Counted from the stretch's first letter, positions 40,701-49,806 are shown. The stretch: DNA of 64,000 nt from a bacterium (GCA_031385045.1 JANNBC010000007.1:32001-96000); one strand, 5' to 3'. The notes: generated by a model not told the origin, from the letters alone. Made by a program: numbers and translations.

Positions 40701-41939
40701 ATAGGTATACTGACAACTAGCATTACAACCTGTTGCTAAACCAGGAGTTGTTCCCATATTCGCACCATCACATTGTTCGGGTACTGTTGCTGCAGTGTCA
40801 ATAAATCCGTCGCCACAACCTGTAACACAAAACTCAGCTTGCTCAGTATCGCTAACGCCAAGTGGTGGAAGCGCCGCATTATCATTAATAGTGACATCAT
40901 CATGATGAAGTCCTTGAGTAAATCCACCAGGGAGTGAATGGGTAACAGTGAAACTTGCCCCAACATCTAAATCAAATAATGGTGATGAATAAGAAATTGC
41001 TGGATCGGTAATCCTTAAATTTGTTAACTTAACAGTCCCTGTATTTGTAGCTTTGAAACGAAACTCAACAGAGGAATTATTGCGGACATGCTTTTCCGTG
41101 GTAGTTGTTGTAATCGCATTACACGGAGTCGTCACCTTTGATTGCGTAGTCCAATCAACCCCTGAAGGGATACTTCGAAATTCTTTTGTAATAACTAAGC
41201 CAGGGTTTGTTAAGCGACACTGGGTATTACAACCAGCTTGATTATTTCCATTTCCATTGGCAGCAGTTCGATCACACTCCTCGCCATTATTCGGTGAGAA
41301 CACATTATCATTGCAGCGCTCAACCTTACAAGTCGGCGTACATTTTAGAAAATATTCAGCGCCAACATTTAATGATCCATAATCATTAATATCGCATTGC
41401 TCGGGAACTCCATAAGCAACATTATTAATTAAGCCATCACCGCAGTATTCAATTTTACAAGTTGCCGTATTACAGCGCCCATGACCCACATTCTGAGCTG
41501 GTGTTGGAAAATTATTTTGGAAATCAGCACCATCACATTCTTCGCTAGGATTATTAGCTACTGTATCTCCGCAATATGTACAGTTACTAGTGCAATCACC
41601 TTCAGCAGTTGAACTTCCAGGTGGATCACAAGTTTCGCCAAGAAGCTTCGTAACGATTCCATCACTACAAAATCCACAGATTAAGCATTCACATCCAGCA
41701 CATCCGCATATCGTATCATCACGAACACTAATTGGAGTCTGACCATCGGGACACATCGCATGACCCGCATAAGTTTCTGGAGATGCTTCAATAATTTGTG
41801 GGGCGGGAAGTGATAATGGAGCTTGTTGGATTGCTTGTTCTGGGTTGCTAGGCTGTGCAAATAGAATATTTTCCGGATAAAGTTGGAAAATCCCTGTTAA
41901 AACAGTGATAAAAAGAAAATATCTAAAAAATATCCACAT
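34746..41939 (-). CDS. Giant (2397 aa) secreted adhesin-like protein: Myxococcus-type Cys-rich repeats, DUF11/DUF7507-like Ig repeats, FrpC-SPM-like Ca2+-binding region
   Basis: Signal peptide; about 17 CG(D/N)x...E.CD repeats interleaved with F.ITNTG..D Ig-like units; C-terminal SPISL...LLVFDP...LFGN...NGYEALGSLDKNNNG...LWFDENANA. Confidence 0.85.
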   Translation of the reverse strand: MWIFFRYFLFITVLTGIFQLYPENILFAQPSNPEQAIQQAPLSLPAPQIIEASPETYAGHAMCPDGQTPISVRDDTICGCAGCECLICGFCSDGIVTKLLGETCDPPGSSTAEGDCTSNCTYCGDTVANNPSEECDGADFQNNFPTPAQNVGHGRCNTATCKIEYCGDGLINNVAYGVPEQCDINDYGSLNVGAEYFLKCTPTCKVERCNDNVFSPNNGEECDRTAANGNGNNQAGCNTQCRLTNPGLVITKEFRSIPSGVDWTTQSKVTTPCNAITTTTTEKHVRNNSSVEFRFKATNTGTVKLTNLRITDPAISYSSPLFDLDVGASFTVTHSLPGGFTQGLHHDDVTINDNAALPPLGVSDTEQAEFCVTGCGDGFIDTAATVPEQCDGANMGTTPGLATGCNASCQYTYNSGISLVKQAIVSGKTFEDTSAATDVTTVNQCQGSNIQTQITNSKVIKQSSSVSYQFIITNTGGRAVRLDRIDDPLLGLNNAIIPGNVSIAPGLSYTYIPAFASNPYPANSLGLLRNSGTIYGTDTSNTAVSASDSVGVCVTGCGDGFVDINATVPEQCDGANMGSAPGLATGCNASCKYTYDAFITLNKIATSSTGTIEDITGDPKVVSSAIQCQGTNIQTQITNKKVVTRNTNVNYSFVITNTGGLPVTVDRITDAQLGLNSFAINPAISIPAGQSRTYTPSPAIPYLASTLGLVRNLAKVEGEDLNGVNVEASDTVGYCVTGCGDGFKETSEACDGLDFGLAGKPANVESCSNTCNLNYLETVRVTKTIKNSGTSISSTQRDFSLPAASSAILLGENVVKGTINIRDYQPKPTIISGGKLQAVVLVEYSIQNTGPSPLDLISVVDAIIASGSSWPDLTKAPTSLPRAPLAPGQTVTFSVNDFKFIPFDNLGLHSSTAQVGVSNGFASSLPVKTEFTTIGCGNGVVDHATEQCDGNDFGTIGASKTLAQKQLENTSINGCTSINDEITNNTPNFGCKLTYKSGIRVVKRALSESKTFVNDNIVTNVTSNADCDITNILKQVTNNKIVHQSATVNYSFEIFNDGGLPVTITQINDTMLFGAGGHLLPTSPAFTILPNSSRTYTPTISFTASNLGALLNTATVLGTDSAGSSVVATSSVGVCVTGKGEAVVRKLVSKSTESNYLQRKHSILNCANVQSTSDFFITRSEKVNFRFEVKLKDGNTNPIKDLVLSDNKIGTPVYVSGDNGNNILEFGEVWIYQLLNTTLATGGHSNTVNVTAKNIDNSVVAPTTDNSSFCVIDSGPSVTVVKKVGQCPGICGNNIIEPGEECDGGVIPVGTPSTSTCSECKIVPIICGNGLMESENGESCDGNDFSTLQGVQPSTSGDSCTDVCDIYYTYCGNSIREGTEVCDALDFSLDPGVQKTTDGSICDWSCKIAPVCGDGIINGYEECDGTVVPAGTAAGVICSANCRLIPLGCGNGLRESPEYCDNRDFGLASGVQSSTNNEVCTPSCDLEIGFCGNGIRESGEACDGGDFDNIPGIQPHPKGATCNSWCELEPYCGDGIINGSEQCDGSKMPSNVAGTAYCNSTCLIVDTSTSDIIVIKKVTSNNTNTVEPVRRDITNCDRTNSLITNFITTDQYAAFSYEVKLKPGSPAVSNLVLTDAVLGNSYRFTASDPLAYSPSGDSNRNGILEQGEVWIYNAGAFMLPAGPHRNDVVVRGTSTVGGASVESSDYASFCVGTGGPRCGNGIIEAPETCDFAYKGPFGTTALDKSLQDPLNCRTYGAACTYCGDGIINGGEQCDFAGDPENCTFRCQIKSCELTEINFQGVLINYWKFKLGYQSDQSDISYKDNGSLYGMNVLAQNCVKNNSIIQNGITCDDIPEYQLWKSQMEGRISCVSQLIGSEGLNDNLYQKELYDHNSPQDSLNPNVVRSSTDYYGMTFSKQVYGNVADDLKYYQLVQQITGFSIPAFLDSAWAGGPTTYREMASNYEAFIYTYGSRISDPFINPDCELRMVYNADGTTSVDVTRPCTWGWDLAFERAYSAMTTQMSNQGINRYYLDKDCNVVSNKDVNLQELGVCGEVDITAALSPISLILNEDLTSFFVPKKFSLNPAKEKEWVVWKANANRPLLVFDPKKSGQIKDGSMLFGNFTFGGNLKTKAPWANGYEALGSLDKNNNGYLEGEELTPISLWFDENANAVSDDSEVIDARTYGLKSIKVNFDFEDDVKDLYANNGFILFKDGQEVTGRTVDWYSGSYLNEGDALREIQRLQKTSSKDSKTDDQNKVIGSASNVPLKNEISNNSTAETKSIQGLWKWVSKVDPTNNGYLSIFARNGRIAGMSIVEEKILMPSGEFVTRLKSFPLLGGSKVDPSGDIALNFAVKAGDILIVSNALISAQNGGMIADSQNQFRDQKIGYSWTAERVVKP

Positions 41940-42414
41940 ATAGTACTACATTACCACACAATTTGAACCTAGCTAGATATTTGATTCAAACTAGCGGGGA
42001 AACGTGTCAGGATTTATCTGATTTAGAATGATTGTTTTAATTCTCTCTCCTTGATTTATACTAAGGCAAGCTATCAATAGCAGTAAGCTATTCTTCATAA
42101 CTACCTCAATATATTCAGATTATTTCCATTTGGCAGGTATGAAAATATTAGGAAAGGTTGATATGACACTAAGGAAGTGAGACAAACTAAAAATTTAACA
42201 CAGAATATTTGCCACCAAACTTCTCAACCTAAAACATTAACTGCCAGTTTTTAATTTATCAAAAGACCAATCAAAGGGATTGTTGAACGAATAAATTTAT
42301 GACAGATCTTATTAGCTACTAAGACTTTGATTCAAAAGTATGTAGGCAATTTCAAATTAAATATTTTATTTGCTCCTAAGCCACAAAAAATTTCCAAGTA
42401 ATAAAGTCTAGATT

Positions 42415-43091
42415 ATGGGTTTTACAAACTTAATCACTACTCAAGATGCCGGTGAGCAAGGAAGATCTCGGGAACCGAAACTCTTAGAAATCTTAGAACG
42501 ACTAGAGCATGATCTTGCAACTCACACAATTGGTCTCTCTAGTTGTTCCTTTCCCAGACGAATTAATCACCTCAGCGCTGCTGAAGTTCAAGAAGGGATT
42601 AGTTCCGCCAGTGGGCCAGAAGGCGAACGACTACAATAATTTATGCTCGCTTAAAGGTTTCTGCTATTAAGGAAGTACAAGGCCTAACTGTTAGCACAAT
42701 TAAACATCTAACTACTCCAGAATTAGTAGATCTACATCCGGTTGTTTCTAAAGCAATTAATTGGATTGAAAATCAACCAGCCGGAGGATCTTTTAAAAAT
42801 TACTTTAGAAGCGAACTATTGCCGAGCTTTGCCAGATATTTACATTACATGAAAAACGAGATGTCTCGAGAGGATTTTTGCTCCGACTCCTTTGTTCAGA
42901 CAATACTTCATGTTCAACAAAAATTTTTTATGATTGATTCTTTAACTGAAGGCTCAATTCCCCAACTTTCTCCAAATGAACAGCAAAAGCTACAAAAAGT
43001 TCTAATAATCTCTCTAAGTAATAATCTAAAAGACTTCCGAGAAGGATTGGAGATCGAAGCAAGATATAGTGAATTCTCACCTGCCGCATAG
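42415..43091 (+). pseudogene. Possible frameshifted hypothetical gene (two overlapping frames)
   Basis: ORF 42415-42639 overlaps a -1 frame that I read as open from 42603 to 43091 with no ATG near its start. Confidence 0.4.
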
Positions 43092-43347
43092 CAGTATCTG
43101 CTAAGAACCATTCAGCTTTTTTGCACATTCAAAAATTCTTGACCAAATCGTTTAGAGACAAATTTTTGCTCTGTCCTTGGAAACATAAAGCTGAGATTTT
43201 ATTGATCAAAAAACGAATAAACAGTATAATACGTCCAGCTGAATACTGAAATTACGGCCAGCTCCGAAATGGATCAAAGCCTGATGACAATACTCAATTT
43301 CCTCTTGGTTAGTTTTTATTGTCATTCACTCTAAATTATTTCTCAAA

Positions 43348-44214
43348 ATGCTTAAATCTGAATTCCTCCGTTGCCTCCTAGAACTCTCCAAGCCAAATAT
43401 TACTAAATTAGTCTTAGTAACATCAGGTATGGGATATTGCTTAGCGAGTAATGGACTCGGGGATCTCTCCACTCTATTTTTCACACTACTTGGTACAACA
43501 CTTACCTGTGGTGGCTCAGGTGCACTCAACAATTACATCGAACGTGACTATGATTGCCTCATGAAAAGAACAGCTTGTCGCCCATTACCCAGTGGACGAA
43601 TTAAACCAGCACAAGCCTTAGGGTTTGGTTTATTACTAGTATTAACAGGAACAGTAATCCTAGTATCAATGGTAAATTTACTTTCTGGATTTTTAGCATT
43701 ACTTACGGCTTTTCTTTATGTCTTAGTTTACACACCACTAAAAAGACTAACCTGGCTTAATACATTTATTGGTGCCATCCCTGGAGCGCTTCCACCACTA
43801 GGTGGCTGGGCAGCAGCTACGGGCGAGCTTGGAGCTGGCGGCTGGATACTTTTTACTATTTTATTCATTTGGCAAATGCCTCACTTCTATTCAATCGCTT
43901 GGATGTATCGCAATGACTATGCTCAAGCTGGTTATAAAATGATTACCTTGAATGATGACAATGGACAAAAAACTTTTAGTCAGATTATTTTTTTCTCACT
44001 TTTACTGTTAGTAGTTTCCTTTCTGCCAGTCTATTTGAAAAATGTAGGTTATATTTATGTAATCTCCGCTGCCTTACTTGGAGTTTATGTACTAGCCTAT
44101 GGTGTTGCTAGCTTTTTTGCTCGCTCTCATAAGTCGGCACGAGCATTACTTAGATCAACAATTATTTATTTACCATTATTACTAACATCGCTTTTAATTG
44201 ATTCATTTATCTAA
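43348..44214 (+). CDS. ctaB: Heme O synthase (protoheme IX farnesyltransferase)
   Basis: KP.IT, NNYIERDYD..MKRT..RPLPSG, YTPLKR, GALPP, WQMPHF. Confidence 0.95.
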   Translation: MLKSEFLRCLLELSKPNITKLVLVTSGMGYCLASNGLGDLSTLFFTLLGTTLTCGGSGALNNYIERDYDCLMKRTACRPLPSGRIKPAQALGFGLLLVLTGTVILVSMVNLLSGFLALLTAFLYVLVYTPLKRLTWLNTFIGAIPGALPPLGGWAAATGELGAGGWILFTILFIWQMPHFYSIAWMYRNDYAQAGYKMITLNDDNGQKTFSQIIFFSLLLLVVSFLPVYLKNVGYIYVISAALLGVYVLAYGVASFFARSHKSARALLRSTIIYLPLLLTSLLIDSFI

Positions 44215-45200
44215 TGACTACATTTAGAAAAATCCTTGCTCAAGTTCTTCCTTTTTGTGTCCTTTTTCTAATTCTTTTTGGTGCACTAGTGACTAGCCAC
44301 GGAGCAGGTCTATCTGTGCCTGATTGGCCAACAACCTTCAATGAAAATATGTTTACCTATCCAGTGCATAAATGGACTGGGGGTATTTTTTGGGAGCATG
44401 GACACCGCTTAATCGCCAGTGGTATCGGATTTCTAACCTTAACATTAACGATTTTGATTTTACTTACTGAAAAAAGAAAGTGGCTAAAAGTACTATCATG
44501 TTTTTCTTTACTTGCAGTAATTATGCAAGGCGTCCTTGGTGGCTTAACTGTACTTTATAAACTTCCCATTGCTGTCTCAACTGCCCATGCAGTTTTAGCT
44601 CAAAGCTTTTTAGTGATGACGATTGTGATGGCCTATAGTTATTCTAAAGAACTTCAAAATAAATTATTAGCAGGCAGTCAATTAAACTCTAAGTTATTAA
44701 AGTTTAGTATATTTGCCAGCAGTGCAATCTATTTGCAATTAGTTATTGGTGCCTTGATGCGACATAGTAGTGCCGGCTTAGCTGTTCCAGACTTCCCAAA
44801 GATGGGCGGAAGTTTCATCCCAAGTATTTCAACCGAGACAGTTGCCAATATTAATTTGCAACTCAACGTTTTAGGTTATGCGCCTGTTGATAGCTTACAA
44901 GTTCTGATCCACCTGATACATCGTTTTTGGGCACTTGCTGTAATCTTTAGTGTCATCATGTTAATTGGCTATATTTTGCTTAATTCTCAACAGATTGGCA
45001 AAAAATTAACTCGCCACGGGGCATGGATTGGTTGCCTAGTAATTTTGCAATTTGCCCTGGGAATCATCACGGTTCTAAGTCATAAAGATCCATTTATTAC
45101 TAGTTTTCATGTACTGTTAGGTGCCGGGCTACTTGGACTAACTTCCCTTTTAGCCATTCGCACCTATGCTTGCAAAGGATCAGAAAAGAATTCCAATTAA
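44214..45200 (+). CDS. ctaA: Heme A synthase (COX15/CtaA)
   Basis: GAGLSVPDWP, EHGHR, QGVLGG, AH, IHR, FH; eight TM segments. Confidence 0.9.
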   Translation: MTTFRKILAQVLPFCVLFLILFGALVTSHGAGLSVPDWPTTFNENMFTYPVHKWTGGIFWEHGHRLIASGIGFLTLTLTILILLTEKRKWLKVLSCFSLLAVIMQGVLGGLTVLYKLPIAVSTAHAVLAQSFLVMTIVMAYSYSKELQNKLLAGSQLNSKLLKFSIFASSAIYLQLVIGALMRHSSAGLAVPDFPKMGGSFIPSISTETVANINLQLNVLGYAPVDSLQVLIHLIHRFWALAVIFSVIMLIGYILLNSQQIGKKLTRHGAWIGCLVILQFALGIITVLSHKDPFITSFHVLLGAGLLGLTSLLAIRTYACKGSEKNSN

Positions 45201-45246
45201 ATCTTTCTCAATTAGTTTATCGGAAAGCAATTCACAAATTAATCGA

Positions 45247-45780
45247 ATGAAACAATTACTTACTCTTCTTTTAATTAGCTTACTTATGACTAATTTAAGT
45301 TTAGCTGAAAACTTGATTCCAAATTTTAAATTCTTAAATCAGAGTCAAGAGATCGTGACTCCTCAAAAGCTCAGAGGTAAATACTGGGTTTTAAATTTCT
45401 TTTTTACTAGCTGTCCAAAGATTTGCCCAATGTTAAATGGTAAAGTTTTTGCGCTAAATCAAAAATTTAAGAATCATCCTAAACTTAATTTTCTTTCTGT
45501 TAGTGTCGATCCCGAAAGAGATACTTTTCCTGCCTTGCTAAAGTATGCAGAAACATTTCAAGCAGATCTAACTCGCTGGCAATTTGCCCGCGGAACCCTT
45601 GCGCAGGTTAATCAATTAGTAGCTGACTTAAAACTAGCGTCTGGGCCAACAATTGATCAACACAATGCTCGATTAACCCTAATCGATCCCGATGGAAAAA
45701 TAATTGGATATTACTCAGGATTAGATCAAGCTGGCTTTCAAGTCTTAGATCAAAAACTAACTGAAATATTTCCTGAGTGA
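45247..45780 (+). CDS. SCO1/SenC copper chaperone
   Basis: FFFTSCPKICP, SVDPERD, conserved His (QHN); likely start ATG 45247 with signal peptide. Confidence 0.9.
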   Translation: MKQLLTLLLISLLMTNLSLAENLIPNFKFLNQSQEIVTPQKLRGKYWVLNFFFTSCPKICPMLNGKVFALNQKFKNHPKLNFLSVSVDPERDTFPALLKYAETFQADLTRWQFARGTLAQVNQLVADLKLASGPTIDQHNARLTLIDPDGKIIGYYSGLDQAGFQVLDQKLTEIFPE

Positions 45781-45835
45781 TCTAATACTATTTCCCTCTG
45801 TTCCTAGGATTAACATTTAGAGTAAGATTCTTGCT

Positions 45836-47281
45836 GTGAATCAACAAAATATCAATTTTAGAATAATTAACTGGCTAATATTTCTTCTGGCATTAATTCC
45901 AACTTCTTATTGCTTTGGGCCAAGCCTGTCTAACCAGAATGCCCGCCTCCTACCTATCTATGCAGTAGTCGAAAGAGACTTTAGCCTTCCCCTCTTTAGC
46001 ATTGATAACTTTATGTTTGAGACTAATGCTTATGTTGGAACAATCGATTGGTCTAGCAACGCTGGTCATTATTACTCCAACAAATCGCCCGGAGGTATTC
46101 TTCTTGGAATTCCACCATACTACCTTGCTTATCAATTAGAATCATTTCTAGCTCTTAGTCCAGACCAACCTCAGATTGCTTATTTCAATGCTTATCTAAT
46201 TAATTTTTTTGTTTCTGTAATTCCATTTGCATTTTCTGCAATGGCTTTTTACGCCCTATTGCAGTCTTGGGGGCAAGCCAAAAAAAGAGCACTCGCGCTT
46301 ACACTAATTTATATTTTTGCCACTCCTTTCATCGCCTACAATCAAACAATGTGGGGCACTAATACCTTAACAAGCTTTTTAGTGATCAGTCTGTACTACC
46401 TAAGAAGAGAAGCTAGTAGACCTATCCTTGCGGGAATCTTTCTAGGCCTAGCCCTACAAATGGACTATTTAGCATTTATTGCGGTTGGTACAATCCTGCT
46501 ATGGTTAATTTTAGAGCAGGGCAAAAAAAGCCTTCCTACAATAATTAGCTACTCTGTAGTTGTGGGGCTAATGCTAATTTATCAATACCACTGCTTTGGT
46601 TCTATTTTTAAATCTACTAAATCTAATGGCAATCCAGCATTTGAGAATCCCGACTTGATTCTAGGATTTTTTTCAACTCCCTCTTTTTCTGTTATTTGGT
46701 CCTTACTATTTTCACTGCAGAAAGGAATGATCCTATTTATGCCAATCTTTTTGTTTACAATCATCGGGCTCTACTACTGGCTAAAAAGAAATCCTAGAGA
46801 TACTTTACTCTGGATCTCTGTAGTTAATATTATAGCTTACCTGATGTTTATATCGACCTTTAATGGTTGGCATGGAGGTGCTACAACCTTTCCCCGCTAT
46901 CTAATACCCTGTTTGATTTTTTGGCTTATTCCACTAAAAGAATGTCTAGTCCAATTTAAGTGGCCAGTATTTCTTCTAGCTACATTTAGTGCTTTCAACT
47001 CCTTAGTTTTATCGGCGATCTCTCCTATTTCACCCGATCTACACCCAAATCCACTGTATGATTTTAGCTACAAATTATTTTTCAGTGGGAAATTAGCGCC
47101 AATCAAATATCCTATTCGCCTGCAAGGCCTAGATCCCAACTTTGCTAACTACCAGAATCTATCAAGTGGAAACATCGGACAATTATTAGGACTTTCTGGA
47201 ATTACTAGCTTAATCCCCTTATTATTAATTATTGGCTTGATCGCTTTTATCCTCTATAAAAGATTGAATGTCGAAAATTAA
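45836..47281 (+). CDS. Polytopic membrane protein, GT-C-like
   Basis: Many TM segments, large first loop (YYSNKSPG), WHGG...PRYL late motif. Confidence 0.5.
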   Translation: MNQQNINFRIINWLIFLLALIPTSYCFGPSLSNQNARLLPIYAVVERDFSLPLFSIDNFMFETNAYVGTIDWSSNAGHYYSNKSPGGILLGIPPYYLAYQLESFLALSPDQPQIAYFNAYLINFFVSVIPFAFSAMAFYALLQSWGQAKKRALALTLIYIFATPFIAYNQTMWGTNTLTSFLVISLYYLRREASRPILAGIFLGLALQMDYLAFIAVGTILLWLILEQGKKSLPTIISYSVVVGLMLIYQYHCFGSIFKSTKSNGNPAFENPDLILGFFSTPSFSVIWSLLFSLQKGMILFMPIFLFTIIGLYYWLKRNPRDTLLWISVVNIIAYLMFISTFNGWHGGATTFPRYLIPCLIFWLIPLKECLVQFKWPVFLLATFSAFNSLVLSAISPISPDLHPNPLYDFSYKLFFSGKLAPIKYPIRLQGLDPNFANYQNLSSGNIGQLLGLSGITSLIPLLLIIGLIAFILYKRLNVEN

Positions 47282-48644
47282 TCTTCTTACACTTCTTTGT
47301 ATCGTTGTTTTTTATTGCTTCCTACCTGGCAATATTAGTTGGCTAAATGACGAGCCAGTTCTAATTTGGAATGCACTCCACTGGAATGAGGTTAACGGCA
47401 TTGCCAAGATTGGCTTGTTTGGATCGAAGGCAATTCCTTTTGGGGCGGTACCAACGATTATCTATCAATTCCTATTATTAATTTCAGCAAATAATTTAAT
47501 TACAGTAGTGATTCTGAAAGCTATTTTTTTCGTTTTAATTATTTACTATTCTACTCTACAAATTTGTAAAACTTTAAATTTCAACCGCAACCTTGCCTTT
47601 ATCCCCTTGCTCTCTCCATTTGTTTTTCATTATTCGCGAATCCTTTGGGATAACTGTTTTATCCTGCCAATCGCCTTTTTGACTTTCTCTCTTGTTTTAG
47701 AACAAATCAATCAGCCAACTAGGCGTAAATTAATAGTTCTTTTTTTTCTATCTACAATTTTAATCCAAATTCACCTAACAAGTTTTTTGCTGATTATTCC
47801 CTGTGCGATTTTTTTACTTTTCAAACAGTCGAAATGGTTTATTGAAAATATTACGCTAACAGCACTTGCTGTCTTGGCATCCTTCCTAATTAACTATCCA
47901 TATTTTCATCTTTTAATAAATGAACTACCTAATGAAATTATCAATGATCAAAGTTCTAAATTAAACTTTGTTGCTTCCGGATTTTATTACTTTTCAGGGT
48001 GGAACTTCTTTGAGACATTTCTAAATGAAGTTCTTAGTTCATATTTAGGGTTATCTGCTATCATCGCTCGAATGATTAGCATTTTAGCTATTGGATTTTA
48101 TCTATTTTATGTATTTCTACAATTTTGTTCTAATCTACCAAACAAGATAGATCCGCTAATCCAGCTCTCACTAACTATTCTAATCGGAGCAACAATCATT
48201 GCTTATTTTGGTAATTTAGAATCATTCCCGCACTATCTTAACGCCCTCGCACCTGTGTATGCCGTGCTAATTATTTATGGAATGAATCTAATCCTCAGTT
48301 ACCATTTAGCAGGCATCGTTAATATTCTTTACGTCAGCAATATGATTGCCCTATCTCTTATCTTTCAAATTTATATCTGGCAGTTTAACGGCAACAAGTC
48401 CGCCAATTTTGGAGCAACACTTAGCAATCAAATTGCCGTTATGAAAGAAATTAAGCTTTCTGGTCAAAATCCAGAATTAATTACAACGGTAAAACAGTAC
48501 CAATATTTTCCTTATAGTTACCAAACATTACTGAAAATATTGCCCGAAACAAATCCTGAACTATCAAAAGAAAAGATTTATGTTGTTTACGCCGATTCGC
48601 AATCTGATGATGGTCGAATTATTGCTATAAAAAAGTTGCATTAA
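47268..48644 (+). CDS. Polytopic membrane protein, ArnT/PMT-like GT-C glycosyltransferase
   Basis: WLNDEP acidic motif after TM1, SP...YSR.LW, QIH, PHY; many TM segments. Confidence 0.55.
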   Translation: MSKINLLTLLCIVVFYCFLPGNISWLNDEPVLIWNALHWNEVNGIAKIGLFGSKAIPFGAVPTIIYQFLLLISANNLITVVILKAIFFVLIIYYSTLQICKTLNFNRNLAFIPLLSPFVFHYSRILWDNCFILPIAFLTFSLVLEQINQPTRRKLIVLFFLSTILIQIHLTSFLLIIPCAIFLLFKQSKWFIENITLTALAVLASFLINYPYFHLLINELPNEIINDQSSKLNFVASGFYYFSGWNFFETFLNEVLSSYLGLSAIIARMISILAIGFYLFYVFLQFCSNLPNKIDPLIQLSLTILIGATIIAYFGNLESFPHYLNALAPVYAVLIIYGMNLILSYHLAGIVNILYVSNMIALSLIFQIYIWQFNGNKSANFGATLSNQIAVMKEIKLSGQNPELITTVKQYQYFPYSYQTLLKILPETNPELSKEKIYVVYADSQSDDGRIIAIKKLH

Positions 48645-48678
48645 CTAGATAACTCTTATAACTGTAATTATATTAATA

Positions 48679-48793
48679 CAAAAAACAATTTCCGATGAAG
48701 TGACCCTAGGGTCGCGCGTTCTTCAATCCTTATTCTAAATGCATTGAAGCTATGAAAAACAAATATACTAAAACCTCATGGGTTTTGGTATAT
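48679..48793. repeat. Degenerate copy D of the intergenic palindromic repeat family
   Basis: CAAAAAACAATTTCCGAT, and ACAAATATACTAAAACC...GGTTTTGGTATAT versus copy B ACAAATATAGTAAAACC...GGTTTTACTATAT. Confidence 0.5.
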
Positions 48794-48868
48794 ATTTATC
48801 GATCCTCATTTTTTTTGCAAAGAATATTAGAGAGGTTCTATGGAAGAGTCTCTAGCAATTAACTTGAT

Positions 48869-49390
48869 TTAAGGACTAGGAGGAGTAGCTGGGTATATAC
48901 AAATCTCTACAGCAGGCATTGGATATCCCGTTTGAATCACGCCTGTAACAGAAGAAAACCGGTAGGTGTGAAAATAAGTCTGAGCTCTGGCTGCCCGAAG
49001 CGCCGAAGGAGCTGTGCGATATGTACCTTTATTATTATAGGTCGTAATAAAATAAACCCCGGCGGTTGAACTACAAGACACTAAACGCACATTTTCAGTA
49101 TGTGTGTATCCTGGGATATCACCACCATAATTGTGCGTAGTTAGGTCAGTATCGTACATAAAAGAAAAAATACTTTGTTGAGTTGAATCAGCAAACCTCG
49201 CATTTATCCCCGTACGAGCATTATATAGAGATGTTATTGCAACTAAATCATTAGCATTGCGTCGATATTCTTGATACTGTGAGACAGCAAGGCCTGCCAT
49301 AATTGAGGTGATCGCAACTGTCACTAGAAGTTCAACAAGACTAAATCCTTTCATATGTCGACTAAATTCGTCTGATCGATAATTTTTCAT
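48869..49390 (-). CDS. Type IV pilin-like protein
   Basis: Prepilin site KG|FSLVE followed by a hydrophobic helix; start likely ATG 49390 or the downstream ATG before KGF. Confidence 0.88.
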   Translation of the reverse strand: MKNYRSDEFSRHMKGFSLVELLVTVAITSIMAGLAVSQYQEYRRNANDLVAITSLYNARTGINARFADSTQQSIFSFMYDTDLTTHNYGGDIPGYTHTENVRLVSCSSTAGVYFITTYNNKGTYRTAPSALRAARAQTYFHTYRFSSVTGVIQTGYPMPAVEICIYPATPPSP

Positions 49391-49637
49391 TAGAAAAAGA
49401 AGGGAATTTTCCAAGAAATATACCTTCTTACCGATACTGATTGATCACATTACCAAAAACGTTGTGCAGTTTACATATAACGCTAATGCTAAGATTAAAT
49501 CATACCTTAAGATGTATGAAAAACCATTGAGAAACATCTTAAGTTCTATTTATAATTTATTGATTAACCTTCCAAAGCTTACTTCAGAACAAGTTCGCTA
49601 ATAACAGATTATTGAAATGAATCTGTTTATTTGAAAT

Positions 49638-49671
49638 AAAAAAAAGGGCGATAACCGACTTGTTATCGCCC
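49638..49671 (-). terminator. Rho-independent terminator
   Basis: 10-bp stem GGGCGATAAC/GTTATCGCCC followed by T8 on the minus strand. Confidence 0.85.
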
Positions 49672-49711
49672 CCAACTCGCAGAAAGGATGGTGTCATGCC
49701 TTACAAATGAA

Positions 49712-49738
49712 CTATCGGCAGATAATTTAAAAACATTA
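49712..49738 (-). promoter_or_regulatory. Sigma28 (FliA)-like promoter
   Basis: Minus strand TAATGTTT-N11-GCCGATAG, two mismatches to TAAAGTTT-N11-GCCGATAA. Confidence 0.6.
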
Positions 49739-49806
49739 GTCACTGAATAAAAAAATTATTTTTCTTTACGCGCAAAGGATCAATCATAAGCCCTTGAAAA
49801 TCCTAG

